In this document: in pieces, positions 26,493 through 36,370 of the stretch
How the letters are laid out: every line of letters begins with the position of its first letter
Numbering within the stretch: the first letter of the stretch is position 1
Source: Pavona decussata
Lineage: Eukaryota
NCBI GenBank assembly: GCA_977016875.1
Contig: CDRNST010000027.1
Coordinates: 1,426,001 to 1,490,000, forward strand
Direction of reading: 5' to 3'
DNA: 64,000 bases
Program-made: the position numbers and the translations under genes
Notes under the pieces: model-generated
The model's input: only the letters and a program-made list of their open reading frames with translations
The model's database searches: none
What the model was told of the DNA's origin: nothing

Positions 26493-26825
26493 TTAAGGAC
26501 GGTGCCTACTAATACAAAGGTATTGTTGGGCGGTTTATGCGTACGCTGAAAAAGCAGATATCAGCAAGTTATTGGAATCCAAACCAAAACTTGGGCAGCA
26601 GTTGTTCACAGACAATGAAGTGGTATACTTTCTAAAAAGATTCAAAGTACACAACAATAAAACATTTCTTCCAGAATAAACTGAAATTGTGTGGTTACGC
26701 ACAATTTTCACATTGGATTTCAATAGACTTTGTCAAGTTGTTTGCTTTATTGTTGCTATAGTTTTATTGTTTGTGTTTTTGCATAGCCATAAACACAAAA
26801 ACGCCTTCGTATTAAGAGGCACCGG
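26493..26825. mobile_element. TTAA-type (Kolobok-like) MITE remnant
   Basis: Left end ttaa-ggacggtgcctactaat; degenerate right end attaagaggcaccg. Confidence 0.5.
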
Positions 26826-26985
26826 AGTTTCTTGGTCATCCAGTGATGCGTAGAAAACATTTTCACTAACGAGAGCAGAAACCTCCCTTAAAGCAGAGTG
26901 TACAATTGACACAAACATTTTTTTCTTTCCTTTTTTTGCAGTTTTATATATAAAAACAACGATACTTGTGAATTGTTCGTGGCTA

Positions 26986-27029
26986 GTCTGACGCGGCGTT
27001 TCGTCTCGGCCATGAGACTCTTCAGAGAC
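26986..27029 (-). ncRNA. Type I hammerhead ribozyme (minimal, near-palindromic stem III)
   Basis: Minus strand: GUCU-CUGAAGA-GUCUC(AUGGCC)GAGAC-GAAAC-GCCGC-GUC/AGAC. All core nucleotides are present; stem I is GUCU:AGAC; predicted cleavage is between 26990 and 26989. Confidence 0.85.
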
Positions 27030-27184
27030 CTTTAGAATTTGTAGCCAAACTAGTTGAGTATCACGGTCAAAGTCCCGTTCGCAAATTCAAGATGTTTGCA
27101 GTCTGGCCCTCTATCGCAGAGACGAAACGCCCCGTCAGACTAGCCACGAACAATTCACAAGTATTTGACAATTTTTCAATTCTT

Positions 27185-27658
27185 GAGAGAAATGTGATGG
27201 TATATTTCCAGCCTGGTGAATGAATGAGAATGATGATTATTCAAGAAAGTGACGCAGGCATACTCGGAAAAAAGAAATCCGAGTGCTCCTATCAGGAGTC
27301 GAACCTAAGACCTTCCGATTACTAGTTCGGATGCTCTACCAAGAAATTTCTTTTTTCCGAGTATGCCTGCGTCACTTTCTTGAATAATCATCATTCTCAT
27401 TCATTCACCAGGCTGGAAATATACCATCACATTTCTCTCATATACCACACGTTCGACATTCAAATCCTAGCAGTATGCAGGATGTTTGTCCCATGAACCT
27501 AGTTTAATGACCTTAGCACCCACGAGTCTCCTGTAGCTCAGTGGTAGAGCATCCGAACTAGTAATCGGAAGGTCTTAGGTTCGACTCCTGATAGGAGCAC
27601 TCGGATTTCTTTTTTCCGAGTATGCCTGCGTCACTTTCTTGAATAATCATCATTCTCA
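27185..27658 (+). mobile_element. tRNA(Thr-AGT-like)-containing element: inverted segment plus ~1.2 tandem copies of a 259-bp unit, with 14-16-bp TSD
   Basis: TSD caatttttcaattctt at 27169-27184 and 27657-27672. 27185-27341 is the reverse complement of unit sequence; direct repeat 27346-27399 / 27605-27658; tRNA-like cloverleaf at 27527-27599 with A and B boxes. Confidence 0.85.
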
Positions 27659-27675
27659 ATTTTTCAATTCTTTAT

Positions 27676-27901
27676 TGTATAAAAACAACGATACTTAAAT
27701 TAAAACTTGTATAAAGTTTCCCAAACGCCGATATTTCCCGTTCGAAACAGCTCTAGATATTTCGACTCCAAAAATGTCTTTCCTTTTTTGCAGTTTTGTA
27801 TATAAAAACAACGATACTTAAATTAAAACTTGTATAAAGCTTCCCAAAGGCCGATATTTCCCGTTCGAAACAGCTCTGGATATTTTGACTCAAAAAATGT
27901 C
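27676..27901 (+). repeat. ~123-bp tandem duplication; the second copy retains the empty insertion site
   Basis: 27777-27901 repeats 26924-26967 + 27697-27779 without the inserted elements. Confidence 0.85.
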
Positions 27902-28371
27902 GCTGTCGCGCACAGGCAAAACGTTACCTGCAAGCCGTACGTGACGTCACTTAACTTTGCAACAAAACCAAAATGGCGGTGGAGTAAAGCTATTTCGCAA
28001 AACATGCAGTCGTTTCTTTTGAGCTGGAGTGCCTAATAAATAATTTCTTACAAAGACATGGAGGAATTATAAAACTGCTTAAGCTTCTTCATACTCAGAT
28101 GATTTTGGGACAATAGCGTTACGCCCTGAGAAAACGATCAAACACTTTCGTTCAGCATTGTGTTTGTCTCACAAAACTGACATGGGGTTTTTTAACGAGC
28201 AAACAATGTTTGTTCTTTCTGAAGCTCTCGGAGAAACTGCTCTCTAAGCATGGTCTACTTTCGCACGATATCATATTTTTCCATGCCCATCTCTTTCTTA
28301 ATTTCCGAAATTGCCTGACTTCGTTTCTGCCTGTTGTGGTAGTCTTCGTGTTGCACGTAGAAGAAAGAAAG

Positions 28372-28682
28372 ATTTTTTTCAGGCTTTCTTTTCGCAACTG
28401 CTCAAGTTGCGTACTATAACTGCGAGGATCTTTCTTCTATTTGATCTTTCATCCGCAGTTCAAAATATATGTTTCATATTTCTACATTCATTTATTCATC
28501 CTTCACGGGTATGTTACGAACTCACAATATGACCAGCTCCCAGATGGCTTGATAGCTCAGTTGGTGGAGCACTGCACCGGGATCGCGGAGGTCATGGGTT
28601 CGAATCCCGTTTCAAGCTTTCTTTTCGCAACCGCTTAAGTTGCGTACTAACTGCGTACTACTGAGGATCTTTCTTCTATTTA
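28372..28682 (+). mobile_element. Second tRNA-containing permuted tandem unit (~233-bp period)
   Basis: gctttcttttcgcaac at 28383 and 28616; tRNA-like module at 28546-28617 (tagctcagttgg, ggttcgaatccc, acceptor stem gcttga/tcaagc). A diverged minus-strand fragment lies at ~52985-53105. Confidence 0.75.
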
Positions 28683-28840
28683 ATTCCGAGGTCAGCGAGA
28701 TTCTGTAATCAATCCTACAAATATATAAACGGCTATAATGACGGTCTTCATTTATGTACTTCCTAGACTTAAATTAAAAGGAAGATACGATATTGAAATT
28801 TCGTCAGACTATTTCTAAACTCGACTAGCATTATAACCAG

Positions 28841-29079
28841 GCCCCAGTTGTTCAAAGGCCGGATAACTTTATCCAGCGGATAAGTCACTATCCGACAGTT
28901 TCAATCTGTGCAAAGATTTCAGTATTTCCTCTTGAACAAGCGAATATACACACTCTAACCACAGTTAAGTTTGGGAGTGTACGAAAACCTTGGACAACGT
29001 TTAATGTGAAATATATTTTAGACACTGAAGAGTGCCTAATCCAGCGGGTAAAGTTATCCAGCCTTTGAACAACTGGGGC
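28841..29079. mobile_element. PIF/Harbinger-like MITE
   Basis: TIRs gccccagttgttcaaaggccggataacttt / aaagttatccagcctttgaacaactggggc; flanks cag/cgg. A related element lies at 61784-62027. Confidence 0.8.
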
Positions 29080-29611
29080 CGGATAACGTTAGATGAAGGA
29101 GATCGAGGTTGACGTCAATAAACGTGTTACATCGTGTTTAACAAAACATTTTAGTTGATTAGTCAGTAGCTGTATTAAATACATCATCCGGCATTGCCTG
29201 TGCCTCGAAGACTAAAATTGAATCATTTCGTGACTAAAGAACCAATTTCTTTCTCATTTTGTAGTAAGCCAAACCATATTTTTGTTTATTCGGGGACTCT
29301 AAGATATATTTTCATCAATGTACGTAACTGATACAACATTCTTTATAACAATTATTTTCTTCCATAATATTAATTTAAGAGACTTTGATAATTTCAGTCA
29401 GAACACGAAATCTGATTATAATTTTGTTTGCTAGTACGAGAAAGGCTCACGCCATCAACAGAATATAATTATATGTATTACTAAACTTAACACTTTTGTT
29501 TTTCAGTTCAGCTCAAGCGAATAATAAGCGAATTAAAGAACCTTTTTCCCGTACCAAATTTATCTCAGCTTTTAACAGGTGTTTATCACTTAAAGCCGGT
29601 TATTGACTTAA

Positions 29612-31824
29612 AGTGCCCCTAACCCTTCAATTTGTTTTCTTTTGGTAGATTTCCATATCTTTGAAGAACTCATTTTCGAAAAAAAATTTTGAGAAATATT
29701 GAATCCTTTTTGTTTTACAGTGCAACGCGCCTTACCGTAGCCACCCAACAAACTATTTTACAAGTTAACCAATCAGAGAGCGCGAAAGTATTTCACAAAC
29801 ACCGCCTCCTTGTAAACATATCGTCTGTAGTCTGCGTGTGACTGTAGTCAAGTGAAGATGAGCGAATTACACAACTGGCTCAAAAGTCTACCACGTGGAT
29901 TACACCTGGAGATTTGCAGCAAAGAATTTGAAATCCGTGGATTCAAAACTTTAAGTTCTGTGAGATACCTTCAAACCGGAGATATCGATGCGTTCTTCCC
30001 GGCTTCACTAGAGAAATTGCTTTTGGCCGAGAAACGTATACTGGAATGCGAAATCAAGGCCAACATTGACACAGAAAACAAAAGATTGCCGCTGAAACCA
30101 GTGGAACTTTCGCAGAGGTTCCAAAGTAATAGTGGTACGACTACGAGTGCGAACTCCATTTACTCTGCTTTTCCCAGCCGCTTACCGGCGACGCTCCGAA
30201 CCGCGATGAATCAACTCCCGCCGGTTTTATCGAAAACAACAACAGCCGCTCAACGAATAACAACGAGCATTGAAGAACTGAGATACCGAAATGGTCACCT
30301 GAAGAAGGGAACTGGCAGTTGCCCATGATAATTGAACAATATCACCGCGCTAACGTTGCCGCGTATTTGCCTCCAGCCCAAGCATGGATACTTTGTTAGT
30401 ATTAAACCTTTCGCATGAAGCAGCCCAGCCAAGTTCAGCTGGAGCTCATGGTTTTCACTGAATTATAATGCCATTAGTGACATTGTTTGTTGATTCTTGT
30501 TGAGTTTATGAAACCTTCAGTCGAACTTGAAGTGAATTTATTTCAACATCAGTGATGAAAATGATTACAGAAACTTGCTTGACCTTTTGGCCGCGGTCTT
30601 GCATGGAACTGTTGTGTCTGAAGTGAAGTTCTCACGGCCGCCGGCGCAAAGGAATTCAGTTGCCATTCATTATATCCGAGACATGTTTGAGTTTTAGACT
30701 TGTTATAATTTAATATTTGTTGAGATGTTTGGCTTTTGTGAGAACTGTTCATCTTTGTACTTTATTGTGTCAGTTCAAAACAAACTGAACTGATGTGTTT
30801 ATATTTATTGCAGTTTTCTCTGTACTTCGCGTTTTATTTTCGTAATTCGATAGGTTGTTGGTTCTTTAGTGCCTAGCGAAACTAAGAATTGAAAACATTG
30901 TCTTCATTTAATGTTTCTTCCGTGAAAACAAAGAAAATTGCGAATACAACATTTTTGCACTGAGATATATATAACTTCGGATATGTGTAAAGCAGTGAAG
31001 TCGAATCCAAACTTTTGTCAGACAAAGATAGCAATCGCCGCGAGTGTTTCGACGATTTCGCAGGCTAATTCGAATAAAAGTTATTTCCATAACTGCGGAT
31101 ATGTGTAAAGCAATAAAGTCGAATCCAAACTATTGTCACAAATAGTATACAGTATAACTTTTATTTGTTTTAAATACAAATACGATGCGACAAATTATCA
31201 TTTGATTGTGTTTATGTCGCACAAAGCCTTTGCAAGGAGGCGGTGTTTGTCAAACACTTTCGCGCTCTCTGATTGGTTAACTTGTAAAAAAGTTTGTTGG
31301 GTGGCTACGGTAAGGCGCGTCGCACTGTAAGAGCGCTAGAAGTGAAGGCAGTCTTGTCGATATTTTCACCTATCGTTCGCATTAGTCCCCCACTCGGCCA
31401 AATGTGGAGCGTGACGTAAGAAAAGGACATCGTGCAAAAATATCCGAAAATTCGCGGTAATGCTTCAATTGTAAACAGAGAAAATGGTTGAAAAATGTGT
31501 GGTTTTTGGATGTAGCAACTCTCGAAATGTAGAGAAAGGAATCACATGCATAAGATTCCTTCTGAATCCTTCTGGTGTCCTTTTCTTACGTCACAGCTAA
31601 GAAAGTTCAAATATCAGACGCTTCTCATTGGCTCGTTCCTAATGAGCCCACGAGACAAAAATTTCTCCAGCGGCGCTTGAAGAGCGCAAAAATTTAAACA
31701 TTTCAGTAACTTTTAGCGCTCGTAAAAAAAAGGATTCAATATTTCTAAAAAATTTTTCGAAAATGAGTTCTTCACAGATATGGAAATCTATCAAAAGAAA
31801 ACAAATTGAAGGGTTAGGGGCACT
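29612..31824 (+). mobile_element. Kolobok-type non-autonomous DNA transposon with THAP remnant
   Basis: TTAA TSD at 29608-29611 and 31825-31828; AG...CT termini; ~100-bp TIRs; THAP N-terminus MVEKCVVFGCSNSRNVEKGI..HKIP from 31484. Confidence 0.85.
29718..31327 (+). mobile_element. Nested TA-TSD DNA transposon (~100-bp TIRs) carrying a SAM-like ORF
   Basis: TIRs cagtgcaacgcgccttaccgtagccacccaacaaac... / ...gtttgttgggtggctacggtaaggcgcgtcgcactg; TA duplicated; ORF ~29858-30328. Confidence 0.85.
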
Positions 31825-33696
31825 TTAAAGGTAGGGAGATAAGATGGATAAGAAGATAGTTTCTACGATGCAGACACTAATACATATTCAAACTGTAGAA
31901 TAAAGATAAATTGAGGCCGTGATATGCAGGTTTACTGAGAGCGAGTGAAAGTTGGAGAACCACTAAGAGAACGATCGCGAGTCTGACAAGCCGAGAAAGA
32001 GCGACTCAACTTAAGGAAAGGTATGAAAGGCTTTTATGATTCAATTACCTATAAAGTATCTGTCGGCTAAGTTCGCTTTCGTCGTCAAAGGACTGTTTAT
32101 CTTCCGACGAGCAAAATCGTCTATCGTGTGAGTATAATTCAAAACGCTTTCTCACAAGTAACTGCCGTGATAGCTTGCAATATTAGAGGTCGGTTGATCT
32201 CATGCCCATCACTGAAGTTCAGTGATGTAACCTACGCCGGATTAAAGCTAACTCTTCATCGCTTTGAGAACCAAACCAAAACTGAATCTCTATTGTCTCA
32301 AGTTACCCTTGACGCAAGACATCTAAACCCTGGCTGGAATTAGAGCCTCGCGGAGTCACTGAAACAATTTATTGCTGCGCTCGTCTCGTCTCAGATCAAA
32401 TTTGTGCGAATGCTGTACTTTAGATGACACCCGCTGCTTACAAAATTAATTTTGCAATGTGATTATAATCCTCCTTCTGTCATCAACGCATTTGCCGACA
32501 AGCGTCTATTCCTTAGCACGCTTGGGATTCAACTTTCCCATTCTTTCGCTTCTTTCCCACACTTTCACTTTCTCAAGGGAAACTCTGTTGTTCAGTCTTC
32601 ACATATCCAAGCTCCAGACCAGTTATTTTAAAGTCCCATTTCATCGAATAATCGAAACACCGTGGATTTTATGAATATCGATGAGCTGATATCTGTGAAA
32701 AGTCTAGAAGTGTCACTACCCATTAAGTTTCGGCTCGGTTGGTTATAGATGTAGCTAGATAAAGCGTGCAAAAATTATTCATTGAAAGCGATACAACGAA
32801 ATTTTGGAGTCGCGCCAGAATGCAGCAAAACGGTTAAAACACATTCTAAAACCATCGGGGATATTCTAAAACGGCGATATTCTGGCAATATTAAGCAGTT
32901 TTAGTCATGTTCGTGCCATTTCCTCTCCAAATAGAATTAAGGTGACAATATTAAACAAAAATTGTTTATTATTCAAAAATGTTTATAGCTCATTTTATCA
33001 TTTTCTTTAAAATTAAATACAGTAAATCAAAATTTGTTTCAAAGTACTTAACTTTCGCCGGTTCTATTCCAGGTTATAAAATTAAAGGTGGGTTGCATAG
33101 TTACGGTTCAAGAATGCAAAGGTACACGGAAATTTCCATGTACCTTTCGACAACTTTTGCTAAAGGTAAACGGAAAATTCCATGTATCTTTGCATTCTAG
33201 AACCGTACCTTGAAGCAAAAGATTTTGATGGATACACTCTGTTGCTGGAGGAACATTGACTACAGTTTTTTATATGTATTTTGCCATTTTTTTAAACTTG
33301 GCAAATATATCATCTTAATAAAATCTACATCTTAATATTTTTTTGGAGTTTTTGAACAATAATGGCGAAACATTGTGAATTTTTGCCCTGTTTTCACTGC
33401 TTATGGCAGAAAACAACAACTTCAGTTCAATTTGTGCCACTTGCTCGTCGGTAAAATTTGCACTTTTTTTAATTTGTTTACCCCCACATAATACATCACG
33501 GACATCGATTACTGTGAGAAAAGATCAAAATTCACTTATTTTTGAAATGCTGAAATTTTGTAATAGTTGTCAATTATACATACAAAAAGCTGTTTTCTTA
33601 CCCTCCGTCCTTGTAAACAGGCCCTAAACTGGACAAAAATAAAATGTATATCATAGATGAACCTTTCAGTCACTGACACAGGCATGTTGGAAAAAA

Positions 33697-33882
33697 GAGA
33701 ATCCGAGTTCACTCAGCAGCAGTCAAACCTATGACTTCAAAAGGTCCAGAGGCTCATTGTCTAACAAATGAAAATATTATCAATGTCGATGCAGTTATTT
33801 TCTCATTTTCAATTTTTTAGACAACGGGCGTCTGGAGCCAAGGTATTCATAGGTTTAACTCCAGTAGGGAGAACTCGGATTC
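33697..33882. repeat. Degenerate fold-back derived from the tRNA-unit family
   Basis: Outer arms gaatccgagttcac...aaacctatga / tcataggtttaactcc...aactcggattc; inner arms tccagaggctcattgtctaa / ttagacaacgggcgtctgga. Confidence 0.5.
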
Positions 33883-35722
33883 CCTTTATTTGTCGACTTC
33901 GTAGGTTGCCATAGCAACAATATAACTAACCCGTTAAAACAGCCCTAGTTTAGCTTTAAGTGATTAGGGGCGACTTGCACCGTTTGCAACGCTTCAAGTT
34001 ACTGTTCGAGAGGACAAAAGAACGAGGAACAAAACATAAAAACAATGACGCTGCAGATTATCAGGGTCCAGTGAAAATACTTTTACTAGAATATTCATGT
34101 AAAGTCCCTCCGGGCCTCGTTACCAGTTCAAAGCAACTTGAATACGAATACATTAAATCTGCGTTTTGCCATGCTGATTACAATTTCAGAGCGGAAAAAC
34201 GTTCTGCGCAATTTTTCTGCGCATATCCGTTCGCGGGCGCAAGTAAACTGAAAACGCTGCCGTTCCGATGCCGTTCCTGGATTCTGTTGTATTGTTGAGC
34301 AGTGGCTTTTGTGGTAAAAATACATTTTACCATCTATGTTTTGTCCAATTTCATCAAATATGCTATAAAATCGGACCGGACATTTTACCAACACCGTGTA
34401 AGGACAAGAACGAAAACTGGACTTGCGGTCCAGGTTCCGGTACATGACTATAAACACAGCAAAAGGACACTTCTTTCGTAACTATGCTACCCAAGCTTCA
34501 TCTCTATTTTATTCTCTATGTTTCTCATTACAAGAAAATTCATCAGTTTGGTGTCATCACAACCGAAATTGAAATAAAATTCTATTAAAGTTGCAGCTGG
34601 TCAACCTCTGCTCACTGGATGCATTTACTTAAATTTTTTCGTTTCTAAAACAAAATTGCGCGACGAGTGAATGATGGCAAGAGTGCGACCACGGAAGGCT
34701 TTGTGAAACAAATTCAAAATCCCCTCTAAGCACAGTGACAAAAGGGATTATTTGCGAAGTTTCCGTAACTAAAGATATTTTTCCTGCCTTCAGTTGACCT
34801 GTGCAGATAAATATTGTTACACATCAATTGTGTAATTGACCTGAGCCTACTAGATAGATGCACAAACACCGTGTCAAAAACAAACTTTTTTATTGTGTTT
34901 ATCATGATCAACTTTTAGCTAATTATACTGGACCACAAGTAGCGAAAGCTAATCGAGGCGGGCAGTGAAAGACAAAAAGAAATATACAATACATTAAAGA
35001 GACATAAACTAAACTAAAGGAAATGAAACAGTTCAATATACTAAGAGATCGAAAGTATTAGACGCATCGCATGAAATTCATAATTGTTCCCTCGACACCG
35101 ATAATTAGATCCTTGCGAAAAAATTAAAAATCCACTCTGGCAAACAATTATATACTTTGGCAAACTCAGGAATTAACGATTAACTATTTTTCTACTCAGG
35201 GTTGAGCTCTCGACCTTAAATGTTCAGGGGTTTGCTTATATAGTCGCTTTTTGTAAAAAGGTTCATGAGAATAACAGACCCGTAGAGGCGATTTGATTAC
35301 ACGCCGAGGGAACAATGAAGGTTTGAAAATCTTTCTTTAAGTCTAAGAAGCCCTATGAAAATTGAACCACAGCAAGGTTACATCTACAGCTATCTTCTTG
35401 TGTGGGATAATTATCGCTACCTACCGAGATATCTGCGGTAGTATAGTAAATTGTTGAAAATAAGAAAATTAAAATTGCCGCCATTTTTGAAACTTTTGGT
35501 GCCCAGCCCTCACCCAGAGTTCGCGCATGCTTTTTGCGTTTTTCCGCTCTGAAGATTACAATCCGATGGTAAAACATGGGGATTACCGCGCTCGTTTTTA
35601 GTTAAGCTAAATCTAGGGTGGTTTTTACAGGTTATATTGTTGCTTTAGTATTGAACCTATGAAGTAAAATATTGATGACCATCCCTTGTTTACCAATGTG
35701 AAGGCATTTGTTTGATACTGCA

Positions 35723-36370
35723 GTATTAATCCTCCCGAAGGGAGGGCCGAAGGCCCGAGCGTAGCGAGGTTAATAAATTTGTCGGGCCGAGCCAGCCCGA
35801 GCGGAGCTAAGCCGCGCGAATTCGAGCGAAAAATATATTTATATATATGTATGTATGTTTATATATTTCGTTGAAGATGTCCGCACTGTTGCCTAGGAAC
35901 AGTGAAAAACAAAGTATAAATGACGTCAGACTGTCTGGCGTCGTCTGGAACAAAATTTGCATACATCGGGAAAGTTTGCGTGCCGGACCAAGTTCAACTG
36001 CAATGTTCATCAATATTCACTGGATACAGAACTATCTCTCCAGAATCTTTTCCCTTTCTTCCAGAAATCTTTTTTGTGAAAGATTGCATTGAAGAAATTA
36101 CACGTTTTGTGGCCGCGGTAAGATAATTTTCCGTGGGAAATAAATTCATCGAACACGACAGCGCTTCACGCACGTTGTACATTTCGTCGGGTCAGAAATA
36201 GATTTTCAACCGCAAACTAGCCTGTGGAACCTCGAAAATACCATGCTCATCAAAATAGTTGCCATGTTCAGAAACCTTTTAATCTCCTCATTTGATGCTA
36301 CAATACGAGTAAAGAGGGCTTTCCACCCAGCCCCAGCTTCGCGAGGTTTTGCGAGTCATGTATTTCTAGT
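35723..36370 (+). mobile_element. Helitron/Helentron-associated (HINE/DINE-like) non-autonomous element inserted in an older MITE
   Basis: 5' GC hairpins cctcccgaagggagg and gggccgaaggccc; (GTAT)n microsatellite; 3' imperfect hairpin tcgcga-ggtt-ttgcga followed by CTAG(T); no TSD seen. Confidence 0.55.

Larger units (their letters stand above)
26968..27677 (-). mobile_element. 5'-truncated Penelope-like insertion with inverted partial terminal repeat and 19-bp TSD
   Basis: TSD tataaaaacaacgatactt at 26949-26967 and 27678-27696; 46-bp IR 26962-27007 / 27119-27164 with one mismatch; the minus strand encodes AIEGQTANILNLRTGL* (GIY-YIG-like C-terminus) upstream of a hammerhead. Confidence 0.8.

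Noticed and set aside
27527-27599. tRNA-Thr(AGT)-like cloverleaf as a real tRNA gene
   Set aside because: It has an irregular anticodon arm and lies inside a TSD-flanked repeat with several diverged relatives; the same applies to 28546-28617.
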